From Candidatus Rokuibacteriota bacterium (GTDB taxonomy: Bacteria; Methylomirabilota; Methylomirabilia; Rokubacteriales; CSP1-6), in the NCBI GenBank assembly GCA_003221615.1, contig QHSQ01000108.1:9678-73677 (forward strand): DNA of 64,000 nucleotides. The letters run 5' to 3'. Below the pieces are notes generated by a model. It ran no database searches and was not told the origin of the DNA. It was given only the letters and a program-made list of their open reading frames with translations. Numbering within the stretch: the stretch's first letter is position 1; the number at the start of each line of letters is the position of its first letter. A program made the translations under genes and the position numbers. Below are positions 9,042 to 18,212 of the stretch, one piece after another.

Positions 9042-9428
9042 ATGCGGTGGCGAGTCATGCTGATCGGAACGGCGATGATCCTGAGCGCGGGCTCGCTCCA
9101 CGCCGCGCTCGGACAGACGAGGACGCCGCCGGGCGGGACGACCCCGGGCGGCGCCATGTTCGACCGCCTCCGCCAGTCGACCACGCGCCCGATGCCCGAG
9201 ACGCCTGCGCCGATCGTCCGCCCGCCCGACATGAGCTGGGTGCCCGATCGATTCGTTCTGGTCCCCGGCGTCGACGGTCAGCTCCTCGTGCCTGGACACT
9301 GGGAGCGCCGGCTGTCCGACCACGAGGTGTACGCGCCGCCGTTGACCGGCCGAACCCTGCAGGGCGACACGACCATCAACTTCCCTGCCCGTGCACGGCC
9401 GCCCGTCAACGAGCGCCAGTTCCCCTGA
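9042..9428 (+). CDS. Hypothetical secreted protein
   Basis: ATG 9042 gives MRWRVMLIGTAMILSAGSLHAALGQ (signal-peptide-like). Third-position GC looks coding. No family recognised. Confidence 0.5.
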   Translation: MRWRVMLIGTAMILSAGSLHAALGQTRTPPGGTTPGGAMFDRLRQSTTRPMPETPAPIVRPPDMSWVPDRFVLVPGVDGQLLVPGHWERRLSDHEVYAPPLTGRTLQGDTTINFPARARPPVNERQFP

Positions 9429-9451
9429 CCGCCGCCTTCCCGAGGGGCTCT

Positions 9452-9664
9452 GTGCCGACGGATTGTGGACGGCGCGCGATAGCCATCGCCGATCTGGTCC
9501 AGCGCCTCGCGGGACACCTCGACGAGCATCGTGACTGCGCCGATCTCGCCGGCAGCATCCTCGAGGTGACCGCGAACGGCGCGCGCTGGGGGGTGGCGTG
9601 GCTGCGGTGCCCCTCGTGCGGCATGCGCTGGGAGCGGCGTCTGGCCCTGAACGGAGCCCCATAG
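9452..9664 (+). CDS. Possible small Cys-containing (zinc-ribbon-like) protein
   Basis: GTG 9452 opens a 70-codon frame with strong GC3 bias, ending ...WLRCPSCGMRWERRLALNGAP and with upstream Cys residues. The SD is weak and no family was recognised. Confidence 0.3.
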   Translation: MPTDCGRRAIAIADLVQRLAGHLDEHRDCADLAGSILEVTANGARWGVAWLRCPSCGMRWERRLALNGAP

Positions 9665-9720
9665 CCTCGAGCCGCACTTCGGGCTTGACTCCATCGTCAC
9701 CGGCGCTGTATCCGGTCTCG

Positions 9721-10377
9721 ATGGCCAGCCACGCCTCCGTGTCCGACGCGCACCGTCACCTCTCGCGCGACCCGGTGATGCGCCGGTTGATCCGCCATCA
9801 CGGTCCCTGCGCCCTCGCCCCCCGCAGGTGGTCGCCGTACGAGGCGCTCACGCGCGCCATCGCCCACCAGCAGCTCAACGGCCGCGCTGCGGAAACGATC
9901 CTCACACGCTTCGTGGCCCTGTTCGAGAACGGACGCTTTCCGTCGCCCGCGGACGTCTCGGCGGCTCGCGTCGCACGGTTGCGCCGGGCCGGCTTCTCGC
10001 GCGGCAAGGTGCGGGCAATCAAGGACATCGCACGGCACGCGCTCGGGGGCGCGGTGCCGACGCGCCGGGTGGCGGCGCGTCTCGACGATGAGGCGATCAT
10101 CGAGCAGTTGACGCGAATCCACGGGGTCGGGCGGTGGACGGTGGAGATGCTCTTGATCTTCACCCTCGGGCGGCCCGACGTCTTGCCCGTGGACGACTTC
10201 GGCGTGCGCGAGGGCTACCGCCTGGCATACGGGCTCCGACAGCGGCCGACGCCCAAGGCGTTGCGGGCCATCGGCGAACACTGGAAGCCCTATCGCTCGG
10301 TCGCCGCCTGGTATCTCTGGCGCGCGGCGAGCGAGCGCCGGAGAACCCCCACACCGGTGAAGACTCCGAAATCGTGA
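9721..10377 (+). CDS. DNA-3-methyladenine glycosylase II-like HhH-GPD base-excision repair protein
   Basis: HhH-GPD pattern: ...LTRIHGVGRWTVEMLLIFTLGRPDVLPVDDFGVREGY... (helix-hairpin-helix, then the catalytic Asp). Start set at ATG 9721 within ORF 9598..10377. Confidence 0.85.
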   Translation: MASHASVSDAHRHLSRDPVMRRLIRHHGPCALAPRRWSPYEALTRAIAHQQLNGRAAETILTRFVALFENGRFPSPADVSAARVARLRRAGFSRGKVRAIKDIARHALGGAVPTRRVAARLDDEAIIEQLTRIHGVGRWTVEMLLIFTLGRPDVLPVDDFGVREGYRLAYGLRQRPTPKALRAIGEHWKPYRSVAAWYLWRAASERRRTPTPVKTPKS

Positions 10378-10388
10378 GGAGGCTCGAT

Positions 10389-11927
10389 ATGAGCGGGTTC
10401 GTGCGACGAATCCTCCTCGGTTCCTTCATCGCCGCGGCGTCGGTCGGGGAAGCCGCGGCTCAGGCTCAGCCCGAGGGGCAGCTGACCGTCGCGTTCGACG
10501 CGTCGATCGCGCCCACGTTCCTCGATCCGGCCGAGACTCCGGGGATCGGCACGCCGTTCGTATTTCTCTACGCGATGCACGACGCGCTCATCAAGCCGTT
10601 GCCGGGCAACGACATGGCGCCGTGCCTGGCCGAGTCGTGGAAGGAGAGCGCGGATGGGCTCACGTACGAATTCAAGCTGCGCCCCGGCCTCAAATTCCAC
10701 AACGGCGATCCCTTCACCGCGGACGACGTGAAGTTCACGTTCCAGCGCTACAAGGGCGCGTCCGCGAAGCTGTTGCACGACCGGGTGAAGTCGGTCGACG
10801 TCCTCGATCCGCTTCGCATCCGGTTCGTGCTGGACAAGCCGTGGCCCGATTTCCTCCTGTTCTACGCGACACCCGCCACCGGGGCCGCCTGGATCGTGCC
10901 GAGGAAATATATCGAGAAGGTCGGCGAGGACGGCTTCCGTCGCCAGCCGGTCGGGCTCGGACCCTATCGCGTCGTGCGTCTGACGCCCGGGGTCGAGCTG
11001 GTCCTGGAGGCCAACGAGCAGTACTGGCGCAAGAAGCCCTCGATCAGGACCATCGTCATCAAGGGCGTACCCGATCGGACGACGCGCCTGGCCATGCTCA
11101 AGACCGGCGAGGCGGACATCGGCTATCTGATGGTCGGCGTCGAAGCCTCGACCATCAAGGCCGACCCCAAGCTTCGGCTTGCGCGGGTGATTCCACCGGC
11201 GGTGTGGTGGCTCGACTTCCCGGAGCAGTTCACTCCAAAATCGCCGTGGCACGATCGCCGCGTGCGCCTGGCGGCGACGATGGCGGTCGACAAGCAAGCC
11301 CTCAACGAAGCCGAGCGGCTCGGCTTCTCGCGCCTGACGGGATCGATCATCCCGAGCGTCATGGAGTTCGCGCTGCGCATCGAGCCGTATCCGTACGACC
11401 CCACGCACGCCAAGCGTCTCCTCGTGGAGGCCGGCTACCCGAACGGCTTCGACGCCGGAGACATCACCCCGCTGCCCCCGTTCGTCACGATGGGCGAGAG
11501 CGTGGCGAACTATCTCGCCGCGGTCGGCATCCGCGGCCGCGTGCGCAGCATGGAGCGCGCGACCTACATGGAAGCGTGGCGAACGAAGACCCGATCGGGC
11601 GTGTTCGTGACGGTCACGGCGGCCCCGGGAAACGCGGCCTCACGGATCGAGAACTTCGTCATCAGCACCGCGCCCTACGCCACCGGCGGTCATCCTGACA
11701 TCGACGACCTGTTCCGCCAGCAGGCGCAGGAGCGCGATCGCAAGAAGCGCGAGACGCTCTTGCATCAGATCCAGCGCCTGATGTACGACCGCGTCATGTA
11801 CGGAGGGATCTTCGAGCCGGCCACCCTGCACGGCATCGGCCCGCGGGTCGATGAGCCGGGAGTCGGCTTGAGCCCGCAGCTCTATTTCACCTCGCCCTGG
11901 GAAGACATGCGCGTGAAGAAGCCGTAA
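10389..11927 (+). CDS. ABC transporter substrate-binding protein, family 5 (peptide/nickel type)
   Basis: GAGGAGG SD, then ATG 10389 and the signal peptide MSGFVRRILLGSFIAAASVGEAAAQA. Family-5 SBP core (...LTYEFKLRPGLKFHNGDPFTADDVKFTF...). Confidence 0.9.
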   Translation: MSGFVRRILLGSFIAAASVGEAAAQAQPEGQLTVAFDASIAPTFLDPAETPGIGTPFVFLYAMHDALIKPLPGNDMAPCLAESWKESADGLTYEFKLRPGLKFHNGDPFTADDVKFTFQRYKGASAKLLHDRVKSVDVLDPLRIRFVLDKPWPDFLLFYATPATGAAWIVPRKYIEKVGEDGFRRQPVGLGPYRVVRLTPGVELVLEANEQYWRKKPSIRTIVIKGVPDRTTRLAMLKTGEADIGYLMVGVEASTIKADPKLRLARVIPPAVWWLDFPEQFTPKSPWHDRRVRLAATMAVDKQALNEAERLGFSRLTGSIIPSVMEFALRIEPYPYDPTHAKRLLVEAGYPNGFDAGDITPLPPFVTMGESVANYLAAVGIRGRVRSMERATYMEAWRTKTRSGVFVTVTAAPGNAASRIENFVISTAPYATGGHPDIDDLFRQQAQERDRKKRETLLHQIQRLMYDRVMYGGIFEPATLHGIGPRVDEPGVGLSPQLYFTSPWEDMRVKKP

Positions 11928-11954
11928 CGATCCAACGCTGTGGGAGGTACCGAC

Positions 11955-12350
11955 ATGGCCATCCAGCTCGACCACGTCATCGTGCCCTCGCGCCAGCGAC
12001 TCGCCTCGGCGAAGCTGCTGGCCGACCTGCTCGGCGTGCCCTGGGAGGAATCGCGGGGTGAGTTCACGCCGGTGTACGTCAACGACTCGCTGACCGTCGA
12101 CTTCGCCGATCGCGAGCAGTTCCAGCGCTACCATCTCTGCTTCCGCGTCACCGACGCCGACTTCGACGCGATCTTCGGCCGCGTTCAGTCCGCCGGGCTC
12201 GCGTACCGGAGCCGCCCGCGTGGCGAGAACGACATGCTGATCAATCACCGTCTCGGCGGGAAGAACGTCTACTGGGAAGATGGCGACGGACATCTCTGGG
12301 AGATTTTGACGGTCAGCTACGCTCGTGCTGATTCTCCCGTCGCCGTTTAG
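11955..12350 (+). CDS. VOC (glyoxalase/bleomycin-resistance/dioxygenase) family protein
   Basis: GGAGG at 11943-11947 precedes ATG 11955. The sequence MAIQLDHVIVPS...HLCFRVTDADFDAIFGRV...GHLWEILT fits the VOC beta-alpha-beta-beta-beta fold pattern. Confidence 0.8.
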   Translation: MAIQLDHVIVPSRQRLASAKLLADLLGVPWEESRGEFTPVYVNDSLTVDFADREQFQRYHLCFRVTDADFDAIFGRVQSAGLAYRSRPRGENDMLINHRLGGKNVYWEDGDGHLWEILTVSYARADSPVAV

Positions 12351-12360
12351 ATTTCGCGTC

Positions 12361-12535
12361 GACGGAGGCGGAAGCGGCGGGAGGGTGCGGTAGGGGTCGA
12401 CGGACCACGCGGCACGCGTGCGCCGGCCCGCGGCGGCTGGGCTCCATCCGGGCGCACGACGTCCGCCGCGCGCTTGGCGGGAACGGGTCCTTTCGACCCC
12501 TACCACACCCTCCCGCCGCTTCCGTCTGCCCGTCG
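12361..12535. repeat. Long extragenic imperfect inverted repeat (arms ~31-43 bp, ~92-bp spacer)
   Basis: The left arm 12361..12400 contains GGAAGCGGCGGGAGGGTGCGGTAGGGGTCGA. The reverse complement of 12493..12535 contains GGAAGCGGCGGGAGGGTGTGGTAGGGGTCGA, so the 31-nt core has 1 mismatch. It lies between convergent genes. Confidence 0.6.
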
Positions 12536-12670
12536 TGCCAACGTCAACTGCGTCAGGTCAGCGCGTCTTCGGCGTCCTTCGCCTCTCCGTCGAGATCAGC
12601 TTAGGCAGGAAACTCGCGCCGTCCCTCCAGCGCCGTTCCGCCCAACACGGTCTCCGCGGATCATTCGCGG

Positions 12671-13570
12671 TCAGCGGGGGTGGGTGCGGGGGTCGAGGAG
12701 GTCGCGGAGAGCGTCGCCGACGAGGTTCAGGGCCAGGACGATGACGAAGATCGCGAGGCCGGGGAGCAGGACGACGTGAGGGCTCAGGACGACGAACTGG
12801 CGGCCGGTCGCGAGCATGCTTCCCCAGTCGGCGGTCGGCGGTTGGGTGCCGAGCCCGAGGAAGGAGAGGCCGGCTGTCGCGAGGATCTTCGCCCCCACGT
12901 CGAGGCTGAAGGCCACGATCACCGGCGACAGGAGGTGCGGCAGGATGTGGCGGCCGAGGATCAGCGGGTCGGTCGCGCCGAGCGCGCGCGCGGCCTCGAC
13001 GAACTCGCGCTCGCGCAGTGAGAGGACCACGCCGCGCACGAGGCGCGTGTAGATCGGAAAGCCCACGATCGCGATGGCGATCATCGCGTTGCGCAGGCCG
13101 GGCCCGAGGCCCGCGACGATGGCGATGGCCAGCAGGATGTACGGGAACGCCATCAGGATGTCGGTCAAGCGCATCACGACGGTCTCGATCCAGCCCGTGT
13201 AGAAGCCGCCGAGAATTCCGAGCGTCACGCCGATCACCATCGCCGCGCCCGCGGTGGCCACGCCCGCGAGCAGGGACACCCGCGCGCCCCAGACGAGCCG
13301 AGCCAGGAGATCGCGACCGAACTCGTCGGTGCCGAGCCGATGACCGGATGTCAACGGCGGACGCAAGCGGTTCGGCGTGTCGACCGTATCGGGGTCGAGC
13401 AGCGGGAGCCAGGGCGCGAGCAGGGCCACGAGCACCGCCGCCAGCAAGGCGAGCCCGGCCACCACCGCCAGGCGGTCGCGCCGCGCGGCTCGGCCGAGCC
13501 CGAGCCGGAAGCGTGACGCCTCGGCGGCACGCCCGATCGGATCGCCGACACCCGCGACGCGAACGCTCAC
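12671..13570 (-). CDS. ABC transporter permease (DppC/OppC type)
   Basis: The protein closely parallels the permease at 1..763 (...GTDEFGRDLLARLVWGARVSL..., ...EREFVEAARALGATDPLILGRHILPH...). GTG start. Confidence 0.9.
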   Translation of the reverse strand: MSVRVAGVGDPIGRAAEASRFRLGLGRAARRDRLAVVAGLALLAAVLVALLAPWLPLLDPDTVDTPNRLRPPLTSGHRLGTDEFGRDLLARLVWGARVSLLAGVATAGAAMVIGVTLGILGGFYTGWIETVVMRLTDILMAFPYILLAIAIVAGLGPGLRNAMIAIAIVGFPIYTRLVRGVVLSLREREFVEAARALGATDPLILGRHILPHLLSPVIVAFSLDVGAKILATAGLSFLGLGTQPPTADWGSMLATGRQFVVLSPHVVLLPGLAIFVIVLALNLVGDALRDLLDPRTHPR

Positions 13571-13583
13571 CGTCTCGCCGTCC

Positions 13584-14534
13584 TCACTCGTAACGGATCC
13601 GCGGATCGAGCCACGCGTAGAGGAGGTCCACGACCAGGTTGATGAGGACGAAGCTCAGCGCGACGACCAGCACGCAGCCCTGCACCAGCGGAAAGTCACG
13701 CGCGAGGATTCCCTGCACCATCAACGTGCCGACACCCGGCCAGGCGAACACCGTCTCGGTGAGCACCGCGCCGCCCAGGAGGTAGCCGGCCTGCACACCC
13801 ACGACGGTGACGATCGGGATGAGCGCATTCTTCAGCCCGTGGCGCAGCACGACGGCGCGCTCGACGACACCTTTCGCCCGAGCAGTCCGGATGTAGTCCT
13901 GGCCGAGCGTCTCGAGCATGGTGCTGCGCGTGAGACGCGCGATGATGGTGACGGACGTCGCCGCCAGAGTGACGGCGGGCAGCGCCAGATGCACGAGCAG
14001 GTCTCGCAGGTCGCCTCCGCCGTAGGGCGCGAACATGCCCGAGGCGGGCACCCAGCCGAGCCAGAGCGCGAAGATCACCATGAGCACGATGCCGAGCCAG
14101 AAGACCGGCATGCTGGCGCCGAAGAGCGAGGCCACCGCGCTGAGCCGATCGAGCAGCGAGTTCGGGCGGATGGCGGACGCGATGCCGAGCGCCAGACCGC
14201 CCGCCGTCGAGAGCACGAGCGCCGCGCCGGTGAGCACGAGTGTCGCCTTGAAACGCCCGAGCACTTCGTTCAGCACCGGCCGTTTCATCCAGATCGAGTG
14301 TCCCAGATCGCCGCGCGCGACCAGGCCGAGCCAGTGGACGTACTGCACGTAGAGCGGCTCGGTCAGGCCGAGCTCGGCGCGCAGACGCTCGAGATCGGCC
14401 TGGGTCGCCTGGGAGCCGAGCATGATCTCGGCCGGGTCTCCGGGCGCCAGGTGGAGCACCATGAAGATGATGACCGACACACCCAGCAGGACCGGCACCA
14501 GGAGCAGCAGGCGGCGGACGACGTATCGTCTCAC
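13584..14534 (-). CDS. ABC transporter permease (DppB/OppB type)
   Basis: GTG start gives MRRYVVRRLLLLVPVLLGVSVIIF. The motif ...DYIRTARAKGVVERAVVLRHGLKNALIP... is typical of DppB-like permeases. Confidence 0.9.
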   Translation of the reverse strand: MRRYVVRRLLLLVPVLLGVSVIIFMVLHLAPGDPAEIMLGSQATQADLERLRAELGLTEPLYVQYVHWLGLVARGDLGHSIWMKRPVLNEVLGRFKATLVLTGAALVLSTAGGLALGIASAIRPNSLLDRLSAVASLFGASMPVFWLGIVLMVIFALWLGWVPASGMFAPYGGGDLRDLLVHLALPAVTLAATSVTIIARLTRSTMLETLGQDYIRTARAKGVVERAVVLRHGLKNALIPIVTVVGVQAGYLLGGAVLTETVFAWPGVGTLMVQGILARDFPLVQGCVLVVALSFVLINLVVDLLYAWLDPRIRYE

Positions 14535-14547
14535 CGTCCGGCGAGCC

Positions 14548-16110
14548 TCACTTCAGCGAGATCGTCTCGACGCGGAGGTCGAAGCTCGGGTGGAGCTTGA
14601 ACCCCTGAACCCGCTTGGAATGCGCGGCGGTCTGGATCTCGTGGTCGATGAAGATCCACGGCGGATCGTCGACGAGAATTCGCTGGGCCTCGCGGTAGAG
14701 CGACGCGCGCTTGCCCTGGTCGGTCGTGAGCCGCGCCTGGTGCAGGAGCTCGTCGAAGCGCTCGTTCTTGTAGAGCGCGCGATTCGGCCCGGCCGGGGTC
14801 CACTGGCTCGAGTGGAGCAGCGGGTACATCACCATGTCCGGGTCCTCGTTGCCCGCCATCCACGAGAGCGCGAACAGCTCTTGCTCCTTCGTCCTGAGCT
14901 TGGCCAGATAGGCGCCCCACTCCATCGTCTGCAACGTCACCGTGACGCCGACGGCCTTGAGGTTCGACTGGATCACGGTCGACATCGGCACCGGCGCTTG
15001 CATCCCCGAGCCCGATTCCGGCACCCAGAGGGAAGTCGAGAATCCACTCGGGTAGCCGGCTTCGGCCAGGAGCTTTCGCGCGCGCTCCGGATCGTAGGGA
15101 TAGGGCTTGAGCCCGGAATCGGCGCCCCACGTGGCGGGTAGCACCGGGCCGCGGGACAGTGAGCCCGTGCCCTTGAGGACGTCGCGCACGATCGCGTCCT
15201 TGTTCACCGCGTAGTTCAGCGCCTGGCGGACGCGCTTGTCGTCGAACGGCTTCTTCTGGTTGTTGATGCCGAGGTACCAGACGTGGGCGCCGACCTGCTT
15301 GAGCAAGGTCGCCTTCGGGCTCTGCTCGACCTGGCCGACGAAGTCGGGCGGCACGTCGACGATGAGATCGAGTGAGCCGGTCAGAAGCTCGGTCAACCGC
15401 GCCTGGCCCTCGACGATCGGTCGGTAGACCACGCGGTCAAGCTTCACCGGATAGCGCCAGTAGCTCGGGTTCTTCTCCAGGACCACGCGCTGGCCGCGAT
15501 CCCACGACCCAAACTTGAACGGACCGGTACCGACCGGCTGAAGCGCGTAGTCGGCGCCGAATTTCTTTACCGCCGTCGGGCTGACGATCGACGCCGCCGC
15601 GGACGTCAGGATCGTCAGGAACGACGCGCGCGGCTCCTTCAGCACGAACTCGACGGTGGACGGGTCGACGACCTCGACGGCCCTCACGTTGCCGAAGAAA
15701 TAATTGGCGAACGGATACTTGCCGAGCTTGTTGAACGGATGCTCGGGATCGATCTGGCGCTCGATGGAGAACTTCACGGCCTCGGCGTTGAGGGGCGTGC
15801 CGTCGTGGAACGTGACGCCCTTGCGCAGCTTGAAGCCGTAGCGCAGACCGTCCTTCGAGATCGTCCACGACTCGGCCAGACCCGGCACGACCTGCGTGCT
15901 CTCCTCGGGGAACGTCACGAGCGTCTCGACGACGCGGCGGCCGACCCGGTTGGAGTTGAGGTCGGTCACCTGGGCCGGATCGAGGTTCACGGGCTCGGCC
16001 ACGAGGCCGACGACGAGCGTTCCGGCCGGCTGCGCCGAAGCCGAGGCCATCGGGCCGACGAGACCGATGAGCGCGACCACGAGCGCGGGCCACACCGCGG
16101 CAATTCTCAT
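14548..16110 (-). CDS. ABC transporter substrate-binding protein, family 5
   Basis: Start set at ATG 16110, preceded by GGAGG, giving the signal peptide MRIAAVWPALVVALIGLVGPMASASAQ. Family-5 SBP core (...LRYGFKLRKGVTFHDGTPLNAEAVKFS...). Confidence 0.9.
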   Translation of the reverse strand: MRIAAVWPALVVALIGLVGPMASASAQPAGTLVVGLVAEPVNLDPAQVTDLNSNRVGRRVVETLVTFPEESTQVVPGLAESWTISKDGLRYGFKLRKGVTFHDGTPLNAEAVKFSIERQIDPEHPFNKLGKYPFANYFFGNVRAVEVVDPSTVEFVLKEPRASFLTILTSAAASIVSPTAVKKFGADYALQPVGTGPFKFGSWDRGQRVVLEKNPSYWRYPVKLDRVVYRPIVEGQARLTELLTGSLDLIVDVPPDFVGQVEQSPKATLLKQVGAHVWYLGINNQKKPFDDKRVRQALNYAVNKDAIVRDVLKGTGSLSRGPVLPATWGADSGLKPYPYDPERARKLLAEAGYPSGFSTSLWVPESGSGMQAPVPMSTVIQSNLKAVGVTVTLQTMEWGAYLAKLRTKEQELFALSWMAGNEDPDMVMYPLLHSSQWTPAGPNRALYKNERFDELLHQARLTTDQGKRASLYREAQRILVDDPPWIFIDHEIQTAAHSKRVQGFKLHPSFDLRVETISLK

Positions 16111-16233
16111 CGAGCGCCTCCATTCGAGCGATCGGTGCAGCGATCGCGTCGCCAACTTATACGATCGAGCGCGGCCACGCAAGACGCCGGGTCGGGGGCC
16201 ACCGCTCTGTTAGAATCCGCGCGGGAGACACCG

Positions 16234-17463
16234 GTGCCCAGATTCAACGAGTTCTACCTGAACCTCAATCAGAGCTATCTCTTCGCCGAGATCCGGCGCC
16301 GGACGAAGGTGTACACCGACGCGCATCCCGACGTTCGCCTGGTCGATCTCGGCGTCGGCGACGTGACCCAGCCTCTGCCCGCGGCCGTCGTGCGGGCGAT
16401 TCACGAGGCGGCGGACGACATGGCGCGGCGCGAGACCTTCAAGGGCTACGGGCCCTACGTCGGTTACGAGTTCCTGCGCGCCGAGATCGCGACCCACGAC
16501 TTCGGCTCGCGCGGCGTGAAGATCGCCGTCGACGAGGTCTTCGTGAGCGACGGCGGCAAGAGCGACAGCGCGAACCTCCAGGAGATCTTCGCGCAGGACT
16601 GCGTGGTCGCGCTCATGGATCCCGTTTACCCCGTCTACGCCGACAGCAACGTGGTCGCCGGGCGTAGCGGCCGCGCCGACGAGAGCGGCCGCTACGCTGG
16701 CATCGTGTACCTGCCCTGCACCGCCGAGAACAAGTTCCAGCCGGCGCTGCCCGACCGGCACGTCGACCTGATCTATCTCTGCTATCCGAACAACCCCACC
16801 GGGGCCGTGGTCACCCGCGAGGCGCTCGAGCGCTGGGTCGACTACGCGCGCGCCGAGGACGCGGTCATCCTGTACGACGCCGCCTACGAGGCGTACATCG
16901 TCGAGCCGGAAGTCCCCCACTCGATCTACGAGATCGATGGCGCGCGGGAGGTGGCGATCGAGTGCCGCAGCTTCTCGAAGAACGCGGGCTTCACCGGCAT
17001 GCGCCTGGCCTATACGGTCGTACCGAAGGAGACGCGTGGCCGCGGCGCGGACGGCAAGACGATGAGTCTCAACACCTTGTGGACGCGCCGCACGTCGATG
17101 AAGTCCAACGGCCCGCCCTACGTCATCCAGAAGGCCGCCGCCGCGGTGTACACCCCCGAGGGGCAAACGCAGGTGCGCGCGCTGATCGACTTCTACATGG
17201 AGAACGCGCGGATCATCGGCGCCGGGCTGAGGGCCGCGGGCTTCACCGTCTACGGCGGGCGCAACGCGCCCTACATCTGGGTCCGCACGCCGCCGTCGAT
17301 CGCGTCGTGGGATTTCTTCGACAGGGTTCTGGAGAAGGCGAACGTCGTCGGAGCGCCGGGCGCCGGGTTCGGTCCGAGCGGCGAGGGTTATTTCCGGCTG
17401 ACCGCGTTCGGATCTCGCGCGCAGACCGAAGAGGCGGTCGAGCGGATCAAGACGCGGATGTGA
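16234..17463 (+). CDS. dapL: LL-diaminopimelate aminotransferase
   Basis: GTG 16234 gives VPRFNEFYLNLNQSYLFAEIRRR..., the characteristic DapL N-terminus. PLP-aminotransferase core present (...SFSKNAGFTGMRLAYTVVP...). The upstream part of ORF 15739..17463 is antisense read-through of the SBP gene. Confidence 0.85.
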   Translation: MPRFNEFYLNLNQSYLFAEIRRRTKVYTDAHPDVRLVDLGVGDVTQPLPAAVVRAIHEAADDMARRETFKGYGPYVGYEFLRAEIATHDFGSRGVKIAVDEVFVSDGGKSDSANLQEIFAQDCVVALMDPVYPVYADSNVVAGRSGRADESGRYAGIVYLPCTAENKFQPALPDRHVDLIYLCYPNNPTGAVVTREALERWVDYARAEDAVILYDAAYEAYIVEPEVPHSIYEIDGAREVAIECRSFSKNAGFTGMRLAYTVVPKETRGRGADGKTMSLNTLWTRRTSMKSNGPPYVIQKAAAAVYTPEGQTQVRALIDFYMENARIIGAGLRAAGFTVYGGRNAPYIWVRTPPSIASWDFFDRVLEKANVVGAPGAGFGPSGEGYFRLTAFGSRAQTEEAVERIKTRM

Positions 17464-18211
17464 GGGCGCCGCGCCGCACCACCGCGCCGTCCCGTCCCTG
17501 CGAGCTTGCCAACGTCTGGGCCAGCAGCGCCGCCGTCGAGGGTGCGAGGCGGTGCTTCCGTGAGAGCTCGAGCACCGCCTGATAGAGCTGCGAATAGCGA
17601 ACGACCGTCGCCCGCGCGTCGCCCGCCTCCACACGGCACAGCGGATGGGTGAAGACGATGATCGACTCCACCCAGCGCAGGGTCGAGGCGGCCAGCTCGG
17701 GGTGGCGCTCGGTCAGAAAATACCGGATGGCGCACGCGCCAGAGTTGACCTGTCGGCCGATGCTCTTTCGCCGATATCCGTTGACGGACCAGTCGTCGCC
17801 CCAGCAGCGAATGTTCCCCGCGAGGCGTTTCGTCTCGATGACGACCACGCCACACGGGCCGATCAGCACGTGATCGATGTTGCCGTGCGCCAATCCGAGC
17901 GTCACGTCGTTGACGAGCCAGTAGTCGTCCGGGAGGCCACCGAGGAGATCGGTGACCAGGCGCTCGCCGAGGCGGCCGGTGCGCACGTTGCGCAGTCGTC
18001 GGGCCACGGGCCGGCCGAGCCGGAACGCGGTGACGACGGCGAGGAGCCCGACGCCCAGGTGGAGCGGGGTCGGATGGAACAGTCCGGAACCCGGCTCGCC
18101 GACGACCAGCGCAATTCCCAGGCTCGCAAGCACGATCAGACCGACGAGCGCGGCCCACAACCGCTGCTCGCGGCCTTCGAGGTAATGGCCCCCGACGCGC
18201 ACCTGCCGCAT
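17447..18211 (-). CDS. Membrane-anchored NERD (nuclease-related) domain protein
   Basis: Two N-terminal hydrophobic helices, then a NERD pattern (...GERLVTDLLGGLPDDYWLVNDVTLG..GNIDHVLIGPCGVVVIETKRLAG...). The ATG lies 1 nt after the mglB stop (TGAcATG). The 3' end overlaps the dapL 3' end by 17 nt. Confidence 0.8.
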   Translation of the reverse strand: MRQVRVGGHYLEGREQRLWAALVGLIVLASLGIALVVGEPGSGLFHPTPLHLGVGLLAVVTAFRLGRPVARRLRNVRTGRLGERLVTDLLGGLPDDYWLVNDVTLGLAHGNIDHVLIGPCGVVVIETKRLAGNIRCWGDDWSVNGYRRKSIGRQVNSGACAIRYFLTERHPELAASTLRWVESIIVFTHPLCRVEAGDARATVVRYSQLYQAVLELSRKHRLAPSTAALLAQTLASSQGRDGAVVRRGALTSAS

Positions 18212-18212
18212 G

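Noticed and set aside
12536-12670. Possible relic of an ABC ATPase gene immediately downstream of the permease at 12671.
   Set aside because: Translations of all minus-strand frames (for example MIRGDRVGRNGAGGTARVSCLS-stop) show no Walker A or typical DppD N-terminal pattern. blastx would be needed to exclude a highly degraded relic.
16129-16167. Three CGATCG palindromes (one as GCGATCGC, HIP1-like) within 39 bp in the SBP/dapL divergent region.
   Set aside because: CGATCG and GCGATCGC are frequent throughout this GC-rich sequence, often encoding Ala-Ile-Ala or Arg-Ser. Local clustering alone is insufficient evidence for a functional site.
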